Of a stretch of 64,000 nt of DNA, positions 14,437-27,145 are shown one piece after another (position 1 is the first letter of the stretch; every line of letters begins with the position of its first letter). The DNA comes from Mobula birostris (lineage: Eukaryota), in the NCBI RefSeq assembly GCF_030028105.1, contig NC_092394.1, forward strand, positions 51,314,477-51,378,476, given 5' to 3'. The notes under the pieces were generated by a model. That model was given only the letters and a program-made list of their open reading frames with translations. It had not been told where the DNA came from and ran no database searches. Position numbers and translations under genes: made by a program.

Positions 14437-15940
14437 TTACCACACCTGCAGACAATCCTCTATCCGTGATAGTATCCTTCCTGAAATACCATGGGCTCTT
14501 ACCTTGTTAAGCATTCTCATATACTGCATGTGATCAAAGGCCTTCTGAAAATCCAAGTACACAATATCCACCCATTTTCCTTTGTCTATCCTGCCTGTTA
14601 TTTCATCAAAGAATTCCAACAGATTTATCGGGCAAGATTTCCCCTTAAGGAAACCATGCTGATCTTGGTCTGTTTGGTCATGTGCCTCCAAGTATCCCAA
14701 AACCACATCCTTAACAATCAACTCCAACATCTTCCCAACCACTGAGATCAGGCTAACTGGCCTGTCATTTCCTTTCATCGGCTTTCTTTCCTGAAGAGTG
14801 GAGTGGCATTTGCCATTTTCCAGTCCTCCGGAATAATGCCAGAATCTAGTGATCTTTGACAGATCAATACCAATGCCTCCACAATCTCCCTAGCCACCTC
14901 TTTCATAACCCTGGAGTGCTGACCATTTGGTGCAGGTGACTTATCCACCTTCAGACCTTTCTTTGTTTCCCAAGCACCTTCTCTTTAGTAATAGCAATTG
15001 CACTCACTTCTGCCCCCTGACACTCTTGAACCTCTAACTTACAGATGCAGAATACTTATTCAGTTTGTCCACCATTTGCTTGTCCCCCATTACTACCTCT
15101 CCAGCATCATTTTCCAGTGGTCCGATATCTACCCTTGCCTCTCTTTTACTCTTTATATATCTGAAAAAAGTTTTGGTATCCTCTCTGGTATTATTGGCTA
15201 GCTTACCTTCATATTTCATCTTTCCCCTCCTTATGACTTTTTAATTGCCTTCTGTTGGTTTTTAAAAAATTCCCAATCCTCTAACTTCCCATTAAATTTT
15301 GCTCTGCTATATGCCCTCTCTTTTGCTTTTATGTTGTTTTTGACTTCCTTTGTCAGCCGCAGCTGCATCATCTTGCCTTTAGAATACTTCTTCTTTGGGG
15401 TGTATCTATCCTGTGCCTTCCTAATTGCTCCCAGAATCTCCAGCCATTCTGTTATGCCGTCATCCATGCTAGTATCCCCTTTCAATCAACCTTGGCCAGC
15501 TCCTCTCTCATGCTTCTATAATTCCCTTTACTCCACTGTAAGACTGACACATCTGACTTTGGCTTCTCCCTCTCAAATTGCAGGATAAAGTCTATCATAT
15601 TATGATCACTTTCTTCTAAGGGTTCCTTTATCTCTAGCTCCCTAATCAAATTTGGTTCATTATACAACACTCAAACCAGAATAGCCTTTCCCCAAGAGGG
15701 CTCAACCACAAGCTACTCTAAAAAGTAATTTCGTAGGCATTCTACAAATTCTCTCTTGTGATCCAGCACCAACCTGATTTTCCAAATCTACCTGCATGTT
15801 GAAATTCTCCAATACTATCAGAACGTTGCCCTTTTGACATGTGTTTTCCATCTCCCACTGTAATTTGGAGCCCTCATCCTGCCTACCGTTTGGAGGCCTG
15901 TATACAACTTCCATCAAGGTCTTTCACCCTTACAGTTAAC
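14437..15940 (-). mobile_element. CR1 LINE ORF2 fragment (endonuclease to start of RT), inverted segment
   Basis: Minus-strand motifs VVYRPPN, SDHNMIDF, RPVSLISVVGKMLE, QHGFLKGKSC and LDFQKAFD. Confidence 0.9.
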
Positions 15941-15942
15941 AA

Positions 15943-17215
15943 TCAGGTTTCAGGGTACTTGAAAGAACATGACAACATGGTTTCCTTAAGGGGAAATCTT
16001 GCCTGACAAATTTTTTGAAATTCTTTGCGGAAATAACGAGCAGAATAGACAAAGGAGAATTGGTGGGCATTATTTATTAGGATTTTCAAAAGGCATTTGA
16101 CAAGGTGCCACAAATGAAGCTGCTTAAAATATAAGAACCCATGGCATTCAGGAAAATCACTAGCATGTATGAAGATTGGCTGACTGGCAGAAGGCAAAGA
16201 GCGGCTGTCGGTGACTAGTGTTGTTGGGACTGCTTCTTTTTACATTATATGTCAATGATTTGGATGTTGGAATTTATGGGTCTGTGGCCAAGTTTGTAGA
16301 AGATACAAAGATAGGTGGAGGGACAGGTAGTGTTGAGGAAGCAGGGAGTCTGTAGAAGGACTTAGACAGATTAGGAGAATGAACAAAGGAGTGGCAGATG
16401 GAATGCAGTGTCGGGAAGTGTATGGTCATGCATTTTGTTAGAAGGAATGAAAGCATAGACTATTTTCCAAACAGACAGAAAATTCAAAAATCTGAGTTGC
16501 AAAAGGACTTGGAGTCCTCATGCAGGATTCGCTAAAGATGACCATGCAGGTTGAGTTGGTGGTGTTGAAGGCAAATGCAATGTTAGCATTAAATTCAAGA
16601 GGACTAAAATATAAAAGCAAGGATGTCATTCTGAGGTTTTATTAGACACTGGTGAGTCTCACTTGGAGTATGTGAGCAGGATTTAGCCCCTTCTCTAAGG
16701 AAGGATGTGCTGACGTTGGAGAGGCATCCGAGGAGGTTCACAAGAATGATTCCAGGAATGAACAGGTTATTGTATAATCAGCGTTTGATGGCTCTGGGCT
16801 TGTACTCCTTGGAATTTAGAAGAATGGGGGTGGGGGATCTTATTGAAACCTATCGAATGCTGAAAACCCTAGAAAGAGTGGATGTAGAGAGGATATTTCC
16901 TATAGTCGGGGAGTCTAGGACCAGAGGGCACAGCCTCATAATAGAGGGACATCCATTTATAATGGACATTAGGAGGAATTTCTTTAGCCAGAGGGTGGTG
17001 AATCTGTGGAATTCAATGCCATAGGCGGCTATGAAGGTCAAGTCATTGGGTGTATTTAGGATGGAAGTTGATAGGTTTTTGATTAGTCAGGGCGTGAAAT
17101 TTTATGGGGAGAAGACAGGAGAATGGGGTTGAGAGAGAAAATGGACTGGCCAAAATGAAATAGAGGGGCAAACTGGATGGACCAAAAGACCTAATTCTTC
17201 TCTATATTTTGTGGT
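15943..17215 (+). mobile_element. CR1 LINE RT and 3' end
   Basis: Motifs GFLKGKSC, KFVEDTK, RRFTRMIPG and RRNFFSQRVVNLWNS, followed by a CR1-type 3' UTR. Confidence 0.9.
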
Positions 17216-18589
17216 TCAGAATGTTCCACACTTGCAGAGTGAACAGACTGGTGGGGCATCTTCCATCTCAATCAACTGCAGTAATATTATCTGTCACAAT
17301 CCTTAACCAGGCGGCTTAAAATGAAAGAACAATAGAGAAGGAAATAGGACAAGGTACAAAATGTACTAAAAGTGAGAAAAGAGGAGAAACATTGTGTTAA
17401 GATTTGAAAGAATGGAAACAGAAGGGACAAGAAAACACGTAAGCAAAGTAACTTCAAAGTATGAATTAAAAACTGCACGTTTTCAATTTGTTCCGAAGCA
17501 GAAAATGTCCAGTGATGTTGCAAAAGCATAGATAATTGTGCTGTTAAGTTCCAAGCCCGACTTTCTATGGTGAGTCCAACTAACATCTAGATGCAGAAAT
17601 TCCGAAGAATTTATGGATCTTCAGGAGAAGATGGTGGCTTTGCCAGAATAGTCATTTTTTAAAACAAGTTATTGCCATTTTACAATTTATTACCCCTTCC
17701 TGGTGAAGGTTCTAATCGATTTACACAGTAAAACAGCATAAACGATAAAACATGATTGTATGCAAAGTCAGAGGAACAGTGCTGTGTGCAGTTGACAGGG
17801 AGACCTCTCATTCTGCTTTGAAGCTTTCTCTTGGTTTGACCTCCTAGGACAGTCACTAATGGACGGTCTCTCTATTAAGTCAATCCTGGAATCAGAGTTC
17901 AAAATGCTCTTACAGGGCAACCTGGAGTGGGTTTAATAATTTATGAAAAATACAGAACAATCTATTAAACTTGCACCTGCAACCTACATCCGATGGTGGT
18001 AATATACAAAGGATTTAGGAGTTGGTTGTCAAAACCACCCTTTCGCTCAGCATCGGTAATGAATTCGTATAATTTTAAGAAAAGGAATCCCATTTATACA
18101 ATTAATCTCGAGAGACTACCCCCCCCCCCCCCCCATTAGCGGTCCTTCGCCATTTTACGTCCTCAACCTCTACGGGTAATGAAGAACCACGGCGAATAAG
18201 GAGAGACTGCGAACTGGTAGCTGAAGATCGAAACTACAGAAGTCAGGAGTGTAGCAATGCATCCACTGACCGGGCCCTTTTAATCCTCCCATCGAACCCA
18301 GCCAGCAAGTTAACGGTGTCCTGTCAGCGGGTTTGACCCGCTCGGCTCCATTGTTTCTGGGGTAATCCGGAACCGCTGCGCGATTGCGAAGAGACGACCC
18401 GGCCAAACTGCCCACGAGCTTGCGATGGCGCCTCGGGGACAGGTAACCCGAGACCTCTGCGCATTCTTCCCCGGGATGCCCGGAACAAGACGGAGCTGAT
18501 GTGGGTTAGGGTCAGGATCAAGTTCAAGAGAGACAGCGGACACCTTGGCATCCCATCTCCTTAACGACTCGACCCATTTCAATGGAGCG

Positions 18590-18832
18590 AGCTACCAGAC
18601 GAGGTGGTTGAGGCGGATACATTAAAAACATCTTTAAACCAATTTCCGCCGGGATCAATAAAGTATGACTATGACTAGGACTATATAAAAAAAACACTTG
18701 GACAGGTACACAGACAGGAAAGGTTTAGAACGATCTGGGCCAATGCGACTGTTTGTAGTTCAGAAGGGCATCTTTGTCAGTACGGACGTGTTGGGCCGAA
18801 GGGACCGTTCTCGTTCAGTGCCCTATGACTGA
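18590..18832 (+). mobile_element. CR1 3' end fragment with a small inserted aataaagtatgactatgac tail
   Basis: Matches CR1 3' sequence elsewhere in the window (gaggcggatac...ttgggccgaaggg). Confidence 0.6.
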
Positions 18833-18948
18833 AACCCATCAGCGGGGAGCAGTGGCCACTGGTGTCCCCGCTGGAGACCCCCCGCCCCCCAAGGCAGGTG
18901 CATAAGTTTCCCTGTAAGGTGCCCCACGCCCCGGTGGTTAGCCGTTAC

Positions 18949-19162
18949 CTGCCACAGTGTAGCGATCCATGTAATTCACCACGTAGCCGAAGCTCAGCAC
19001 CCCCGCTGCGATGTGCGGGCGCAGCCGGTACAGCGCCCGGAATTTCTCCGCCGGGCTGGATGCCGAGTCGCCGATCGGAACCGAGCCGCTGAGCGTCTGG
19101 ATCTCCTCCGAGGAGACGGAGACCGAGAGCGGGCACTCGGACGTGTCCTTATCCACACACAT
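18949..19162 (-). CDS. SPNS2: SPNS2 (spinster homolog 2, MFS sphingosine-1-phosphate exporter), first coding exon
   Basis: ATG at 19162 gives MCVDKD...EEIQTLSGSV...AAGVLSFGYVVNYMDRYTVAG. This matches recalled vertebrate SPNS2 N-terminal motifs (EVQTLSGSV; AILSLGNVLNYLDRYTVAG). The exon ends at a phase-1 donor GCA G|gtaacg, with the intron starting at 18948. It lies in a CpG-rich region. Confidence 0.93.
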
Positions 19163-20788
19163 CTTCCCTGGGAGCCGCAGCCTGTGCCGGGGTAACCGAG
19201 GCTGTTGGAACCTGTGTCAAGCTCCTCCTTAAAAGCAAGCAGCACCCGAGTGTGTGTGTGTGTCCGTGCGATAAACAGCGTATTTACATCTACCTCGGCA
19301 TGCACAAGGATCCCGCGCCCACCGATCTTGCCATCCAATGCAATCATTTAAGACGCGATGGCTCTAAATTCCCACTCCACTAACGCGTGGTTTCCGATTA
19401 ACCTCGTCCCTCCCCCTTTGGGTTTCCCTGGGCGTCTCTAACACAAGCCCGAAATACGTTGGCCAAATGAACGTGAGGGTGCAATAACGCTTCCTCTAGC
19501 GCTCGGAGAAACGCGGCTCCCGACCAGCGCTCTGAACATCCTTTGAATTGATCCTTCCCCAAACACCCATTGTACCTCTTTCTTGTCTGATTTCAAATGG
19601 TATATCACTGCATTTATCTGTTTACAGTTCACACTCGTCCGAACTATTCCCTTATTTTAAACCTCACTCAGATTTTAAAGCAAGTTGTTATGAACTTGCA
19701 AATCGCGCAGAATATTTAAAGTTCAGGCAGGGCTTCCTGAGTTTCTAATTTTGGAGGGTTTTTTTTTGGTTTTATTCCGTATTTTGTGAGAAAATTGTTG
19801 AGTTTATGGACGTAGGAAAGTTGCTTAAATTACTCTGCGTTTCCCATGAGAAACTTTTAGCTTTTCCCCGAAGGATGGAGGTACCGAAAGCGATCGGAAT
19901 AAAACGCGGTAAATTGGTGCACGGATGAGAATGACAGTCGGTGTAGTTGCCCCTCTGTCGTAGCCTGAGGTGGCAGTAACTGTTGGCGCTGATTCCCCGG
20001 CTGCAAGTCTCTTTCCAGGGGCTCGAGCACTCGTCGCTGGAGGGGGGGGGTGCTGTGTCTTGGGAGTTCCCCCACCTCATGCGACGCTGAAGGGAGCCTC
20101 CAACTGCAGTGGGGCACCAAAAATTCCAGCTCCCTGCTGAGTGAGAGTTATCTCCCTGCTTTCGGGTGACAGGGCGGGGTAGCAGGTGAAGCTGCTGCCT
20201 GACTTGCACATTCTGCCTGTGACCACCGGGTGCTACATTCCCTCCCACATCCCAAAGACACAAAGGCCAGTCATCTAAATGTAGCTGTAAATTGTCCCGA
20301 GTGTGTAAGTGGGGGGAGTTGTTGGGAATGTGGGGAGCCATTCTACATGGAAAATTAGTGGAGGGATGGGAATTGCTCTAAGATCCAGCCTTGAATCCGT
20401 GGATTGAGTGGCTTTCTTCTGTGTTTTATGGGAGAATAGAACGTCAGTGCCTCAACCAATAACATGAAAACTACTCTCTGGTTGTCTGAGAGATGTTCTT
20501 GTGCCAGCATTGGTTTGCTTCCCCCCCCCCCCCCCCCCGCAATGTTACAACAGTGACTATATTTCTAAAGTACTTCATGTGTTGCACTGAAGGGTGTGAA
20601 CATGTTTCAATAGGTACATTTAATGCTAGAGAAATGTATACAATATACATCCTGAAATTCCTTTTCTTCACAGGGGGAGGGAACCTCGACTCAGACCACG
20701 AGGGGCCTGTGTCGGGCATTTTCATGCCTTACAAGGTGCAGATTGGAAGTCTGTGTGGGGCGCCACTCCTCACACAGACTAGAGCAAT

Positions 20789-20895
20789 GTGTGGTTAAGT
20801 GCCTTGCTCAAGGGCACAAACACACTGCCACAGCTGGGGCTTGAACTAGCGACCTTCAGATCACCAGACGAACACCTTAACCACTTGGCCACGTG
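20789..20895 (-). mobile_element. tRNA-derived SINE head (second family)
   Basis: Reverse complement reads tggccaagtggttaagg (A box) ... agttcaagccc (B box) ... tgtgcccttgagcaaggcacttaacc. Confidence 0.65.
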
Positions 20896-21089
20896 TTTCA
20901 CAAATGTCCACAAAAACAGAGGGGTGCTCCAAGTGTAAGTTTGGAGCAGATAAGAAGATCCAGTAGTTGTATCCATGCTGATAGAGATTCAACCACTCTT
21001 CATCATTCTGTCTTATGGGGCAAATGCACATCAGTTTGGTACTCAGTATCAACGGATGATATGGCCAGTCTATTAATGATGTTCCAAAC

Positions 21090-21605
21090 ATTGGAACATA
21101 CAGCACAGAACAGGCCCTTTGGCCCACAATGTCTTGTAACCTACTCTAAGATCAATCTTGCCCTTACCTCCCACATAGCCCTCCAGTTTTCTATCATTCA
21201 TGTTCCCTCTATGCCCCTAATATACCGCCACTATACCGCCATTAGTAGTGTTTTCCATTTACTCATCACTTTCTGTGTAAAAAAACTTATCTCCAACTCT
21301 CCATTAATCACCTTCAAATTGTGGTGTCTCAAATTAACCATTTCCATCCTGGGGAGAAACCACTTGCTGTCCACTCTCCCAATGCCTCTTATCATCTTAT
21401 ACAGCTGTATCAAGTCACCTCTCATCCTCCCTTGTTCTCTCTCAACCATTTCTTATAGGACATGCTCGCCAATCCAGGCAGCATTCTGGTAAATGGCCTC
21501 TGTGCCCTCTCTAAAGCTTCCACATCCTTCCTATAATGAGGCGACTAGAAATGAACACAATACTCCAAGTGCGGTCTAACCAGAGTTTTGTAGAGTTGCA
21601 ACATG
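21090..21605 (-). mobile_element. CR1 3' fragment
   Basis: Minus-strand RMRGDLIQLYKMIRGI and FFTQKVMSKW. Confidence 0.85.
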
Positions 21606-21689
21606 TCAGGGATGAATTTCAACGCAGGGGCTGGAGGTCAGAATGTTAACTCACATTGCCCAGTGTTTACACCTTTGCTGTTGATGTCT

Positions 21690-22905
21690 TGCGTGAGAAC
21701 TTTGTGCCAATTCTTCCGTTCCACGTTTATATTGCAAACTCCCTCTCACCACGGTTCTCTCAGCTATACCTTTTCCCACACTATCTCCTGTAAAAATACT
21801 ATTCTCTTTTCTCAGTTTCTTTGCCTCTACTGCATTTGTTCCCAGGACATGGCTTTCTGTTCCAGGAGATGTCCTCCTGTTTCAGATAATGGGTTTTTCC
21901 TCCCTCTACTATTGATGCTGCCCTTGTCCGCATCTTCATTTCCCCTACGTCTGTGCTCACCACATCTTCCCACCACCTTAATAGTAACAGGGTCCCTCTT
22001 GTCCTTATCTACCACCCTGTCAGCCTCCGCAGCTTCCACCATCTCCAAAGAGAACCTACCACTAAACATAACTTTACCTCCAACCCCCCCCCCACCGCCT
22101 TCTGCAGGGATCACTCCCTCCCCACTAATCTCCCTCCAGGCATTTATCCCTGCAACCTGCCCATTCACGTCCTCCCTCGCCCCCATTCAAGGCCCCAAAC
22201 AGTCCTTCCAGGTGAGGCAACACTTCACCTGCAAATCTTCAGGGTGGGGTGGTCTATTGTGTCTGACGCTCCTGACGTGGTGTCTTCTACACTGGTGAGA
22301 CCCGTAGTAAATTGGGAGACCGCTTTGTCGAGCACACCCACACCATCCGTCACAAGCAGGACTTCCCGGTGGCCAAACATTTTAATTCCCATTCCCATTC
22401 CCATTTCCCATTCCTGGTCCCGTTCTGATGTGGTGATCCCCGGCTTCCCCTTGTGCCAAGATGAGGCCACCCTCAGGGTGGAAGAGCAACACCTTACAAT
22501 CCATCTGGGTAGCCTCCAACCTGATGGCACGAATATTGATTTCTCCTTCCGGTAAACAAATCATCCCTCCCCCCACACACTTTCCTCTATTCCCTCACTC
22601 TGACCTTTGAATTCCTCAAAATTGCCTATTACTTCCCCCTGGGTCCCCTCCTCCTTCCCTTTCTCCCATGATCCATTCTCCTCTGCTATCAGATCCCTTC
22701 TCCTCCAGCCCTTTACCCTTCCACCCAACAGGCCTCACCTATCACCTTCTAGCTAGCATCCTTTCCCTCTCCCTCCCCACCTTTTTATTCTGAGATCTTC
22801 CCCCTTCCTTCTCAGTCCTGAAGAAGGGCTTGGACTGATATGTTTATTCATCTCCATAGGTACTGCTTGACCTGCTGAGTTCCTCCAGCATTTTGTGACT
22901 GTTGC
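21690..22905 (+). mobile_element. Penelope-like element, 3' part (GIY-YIG region and terminal repeat)
   Basis: RVPLVLIYHP, IQGPKQSFQVRQHFTC, FYTGET...LGDRFVEH and LGSLQPDGTNIDF, then a pyrimidine-rich tail and the shared terminal motif. Confidence 0.85.
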
Positions 22906-23339
22906 TCTTACCATTCTTAGCGTTGCAGTATTCATTTCTGTTTCTTGTAACTCCTTTTTGCTCACCATTCCTTATTGATAATGTAAAAGATAAAATTAAA
23001 ATGGAAAAATAACGAGAAAGGAATCAGTGATTTCAAAATTAAGAGCGAATCTCACTTGTTCCGGTTTTATGTTCAAACACAACTTCTTTAGAAACTACAA
23101 ACAGAGGAACTCAGTGGATGACCTGTCTTGATGCAGAGAATAGACATGAAGTGTCAACAATTCCTTTCCAACTGCCAATGCTGTTTGATCCACTGAGACT
23201 CTGCAGTAATTGTGTATCGCTCCAGTACAGAGTCTGCATTCTCTTGTGTCTCCACTCTTTCCTGGAAACTAGCTGAGCATGAAATACCCCGGTATTTTGG
23301 TAGCTTGGGCTGGTAACTTCCAACTAACTGAGCTGCTTA

Positions 23340-24570
23340 AGTCAAGTTGCTTTTTATTGTCATTTCCACCATAAACTGCTGGTACACAGTAAAAATGAAA
23401 CAACGTTCCTCCAGGACCCCATGGTGCTACATGAAACAACACAAGACTACACTAGACTAAGTGAGACAACACAAGGCTACACTAGACTACATAAGACAAC
23501 ACAAAAACTACACTAGACTACAGACCTACACAGGACTACATAAAGTGCACAAAACAGTGCAGGGCAGTACAAAAATAATAATCAAGACAATAGGCACAGT
23601 AGAGGACAAATTACAATAGAATAATAAATAATGTAGATGTTAGTCTAGTCTCTGAGTATTAAGGAGTCTGATGGCTTGGAGGAAGAAACTGTTGCCCAGT
23701 CTGGTCGTGAGAGCCCAAATGCTTTGGTACCTTTTGCCAGATGGCAGGAGGGAGAAGAGTTTGTATGAGGGGTGTGTGGAGTCCTTCACAATGCTGTTTG
23801 CTTTACGGATGCAGCATGTGGTGTAAATGTCTGTAATGGCGGGAAGAGAAACCCCGATGATCTTTTCAGCTGACCTCACTATCCACTGCAGGGTCTTGCA
23901 ATCTGAGACGGTGCAGTTCCCAAACCAGGCAGTGATGCAGCTGCTCAGGATGCTCTCAATACAACCCCTGTAGAATGTGGTGAGGATGAGGGGTGGGAAG
24001 TGGACTTTTCTCAGCCTTCGCAGAAAGTAGATATGCTGCTGGGCTTTCTTTGCTACAGAACTGGTGTTGAGGGACCAGGTGAGATTCTCCGCCGGGTGAA
24101 CACCAAGAAATTTGGTGCTCTTAATGATCTCTACGGAGGAGTCGTCGATGTTCAGCGGAGAGTGGTCGTTCTGTGTCCTCCTGAGGTCCACAACCATCTC
24201 TTTTGTTCACATTCAGAGACAGGTTGTTGGCTCTGCACCAGTCCGTTAGCCACTGCACCTCCTCTCTGTATGCTGACTCATCGTTCTTGCTGATGAGACC
24301 CACCATGGTCATGTCATCGGTGAATTTGATGATGTGGTTCGAGCTGTGTGTTGCAGCACAGTCGTGGGTCAGCAGAGTGAACAGCAGTGGACTGAGCACA
24401 CAGCCCTGGGGGGCCCCCCTGCTCAGTGTGATGGTGTTGGAGATGCAGCTCCCGACCTGGACTGACTGAGGTCTGGTGTTGCAGAGGGAGGTGATCAGGC
24501 CCAGCAGTTTCAGCTTTCCAATCAGGTGCTGAGGAATGATTGTGTTGAACGCTGAATTGAAGTCTATCAG
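23340..24570 (-). mobile_element. Rex1/Babar-like LINE, RT and 3' end
   Basis: [38 protein letters not shown] and NSFFLQAIRLLN. A short tandem repeat lies in the 3' UTR at 23430-23540. Confidence 0.88.
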
Positions 24571-24834
24571 TTTAACAGGCACTGAAAGAGATTTAGTATT
24601 GTATTTCTTATCCAGGAAAGCAAAGAACAGAGGGGGAGAAAAACTCAGTAAGTAGGCAGGAACAGACACCTCTAGCTTACTCAGTTTTAAAATGGTGAAG
24701 TTGCTGTTTTACTCGAACATTAACAATATCGACACAGCCTTAAATGTATACATTGAATAAGCAGATCACGTTTAAATGTTTCATTGGGAACAGGAGCACT
24801 GGGAGGGACCTGTGCACTACCAACTAACATACCA

Positions 24835-25040
24835 GGCAGCACCGTGGCATGGCAGTTAGTAATACTGCCTCCCAGCTCCAGAGGCCTGGGTTCAATCCTC
24901 AAATCCAGTGCTGTCTTATGTGGAGTTTGTACGTTCTCTGTCTGACCACATGGGTCTCCCCGGGTGCTCCAATTTCCTCCTGTTCCCAAACATGCACAGT
25001 TTGATAGGTTATTTGGCTGCCAATTGTTAGCCCTTGAGCT
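24835..25040 (+). mobile_element. V-SINE/HE1-like SINE
   Basis: ggcagcaccgtggcatggcagttag...gggttcaatcct...tgtggagtttgtacgttctc. Confidence 0.7.
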
Positions 25041-25703
25041 GCTGAGTAGGGAATTGAACAAAATAAGTTACATAGGAATTGCATTGATGGGACGCTCTGA
25101 AAGCTATCCTCAACTCAATGGGCTGAATAGCCTTCTAAAATATGAAATAAAGTGCAAGCTTTTTTTTTGCTGTTCTGGCGACATTTAGCATTGATCCTGT
25201 GAGGCAGAGTGAGTGAAGTGTTCCATTTCCCAGCAGCATGAATGCCACATTATTAGGTGAAGAGAGAATTCCGCTAACAGCCTTTATGTAGACAGCATTT
25301 GGAGGCCAATTAAGTCGTTTTGAAGTGTAGGCACTGTTGTAACGTGGAAAACACAAAAGCTGATTTGTGCAGCTCAGTCTCTCACAAGGTGGGATAAAAG
25401 GACAGATAATCTGATTAAGACATTGGTTGAGGAATAAATATTGGCCAAGGCTCTGGGAGTGCTCCCTGTACCATGTGTGTCTGAGAGGGCAGGCAGGATC
25501 TTGATTTAATGCCTCACTTGACAGAGCAGAACTCCCTCAGTACTGCACTCAATGTCAGCCTGTGCAATAGACTTGTTAAATGGTGGGTGCAGACCCATGC
25601 CCTATAATCTGAGGCAAGTTCAATTATCATTCCACTCTACATGGGTATCCATGAATACAGCCAGACAAAACAGTGTTCCCCTGGGCCCAAGATGCAAAAC
25701 ACA

Positions 25704-26240
25704 ACAACACACACAGAATGCTGGGGGCAGGCAGATCTATGGAAAAGAGTAAACAGACAACGTTTCAGGCCGAGGCCCTTTATCAGGACTGGAATAAAAG
25801 TTGAGGAGTCAGAGTTAGAAGGTGGAGAGAAGGGAGGAAGAAGTACAAGTGAAACTGGGGGGGAGGTGAAGTAAAGAGCTGAAAGAGATACAGGGCTGGA
25901 GAAGGGGGAATCTGATGGGAGAGGACAGAAGATTGTGGAAGAAAGGGAAGGGGGAGGAGCACCAGAGGGAGCTGATGGGCAGGTGAAGAGATGAGGTGAG
26001 AGGGGGAAACAGGAATGGGGGAATGGTGAAGGGAGGGGGGGGGCAACTACCTGAAGTTGGAGAAATTGGTTGGAAGCTATCCAGATGGAATATAAGTCTT
26101 ACCTGAGTGTGGCCTCATCGCCGCAGTCAAGGAGGCCATAGACTGACATGTCAGAACGGGAGTGGGAAGTAGAATTGAAATGGATGGCCACCACGAGATC
26201 CTGCTTTTTTGTGGCGGACGGACTGAAGGTGTTCAGCAAA
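25704..26240 (-). mobile_element. Penelope 3' fragment with degenerate hammerhead motif at 25754-25791
   Basis: Reverse complement of the 22320-22900 segment. Flanked by gcaaaacaca at 25694-25703 and 26236-26245. Confidence 0.8.
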
Positions 26241-26784
26241 ACACAGTACCAGTAGTCATACACAGCACAAGGCACATGAAGTACATATGTACATATAAGG
26301 TAGCAGCAAGCATACGGTCACACAAATATACTGTATATACTATATATATATATCTATATATATAGTCCCTGAGTGAACGTTCTGTGAATTGATGGTGTAT
26401 GGGCTTTGTCGGCAGGAACAAGCTCTCAGCTGTCCGCAGACAAACGCACACATACAATCCAGCTTGTCTTCCACTGAGTGAACAGTGGAGGACATACCAA
26501 TGGGAGAGGCCAGCCCCCAATCCAGCACTGGCACCACACCACACCACCTCCGGCGTCTCCCCTTCTGGGCAGCTGCAAAAAGCAAGCCCGCGGTAAGAGG
26601 CCTGGTCCTAGCTACAACCAGAGTCACACAGCTCCCCTGCTGTGGGTCTCACCAGTAAACCGGTGAACCAGACTCGCAGTATTTTACATTACCAGTGTCC
26701 AAACAGGGCCTTCCAATTGCAAGAGTAACGCCCAGGACAATCACTCGCACAAACACTACGTTACATAAACATGAGAAGTCCAGA

Positions 26785-27145
26785 GCAACACACACCAAAC
26801 ACTGGAGGAACTCAGCAGGTCAAGCAGCAACTATGGAAACGAATAAAGAGTCGACGTTTCAAACTGAGACCCTTCTTCAATACTGGAAATGAAGGGGGAA
26901 GTGGCCAGAATGAAAAGGAGGGTGGAGGGGAAGGAAGGTAGCTAGAAGCTGACAGGTGAGTGGGAAAGGTTAAGGGCTGGAGAAGAAGGAATCTGAGTGG
27001 AGAGGAGAGTGGACAATAGGAGAAAGGGAAGGAGAGGGGACTCGGGGGAAGTGACAAACAGATGAGAAGAGGTAAAAGGTCAGAATAGAAGAAGAAGAGG
27101 GGGGTATATTTTTACTGGAAGGAGAAATGGATATTCATACCATCA
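26785..27145 (-). mobile_element. Penelope terminal fragment
   Basis: Shared terminal motif ctggaggaactcagcaggtca...gtcgacgtttc followed by the purine-rich tract. Confidence 0.75.

Larger units (their letters stand above)
18130..20150. promoter_or_regulatory. CpG island / SPNS2 promoter and first-exon region
   Basis: CG dinucleotides and GC content are visibly much higher than in the rest of the window, and the region surrounds SPNS2 exon 1. Confidence 0.75.

Noticed and set aside
1-18948. SPNS2 exon 2 (expected VLLDIQ...GLLQ)
   Set aside because: No matching minus-strand exon was found by eye. It probably lies beyond the left edge; tblastn would settle this.
19772-20341. 189-aa minus-strand ORF
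   Set aside because: It spans a SINE and GC-rich island sequence and has no recognisable protein features.
20789-20895. True tRNA gene
   Set aside because: The tRNA-like head continues into SINE body sequence and the cloverleaf is imperfect.
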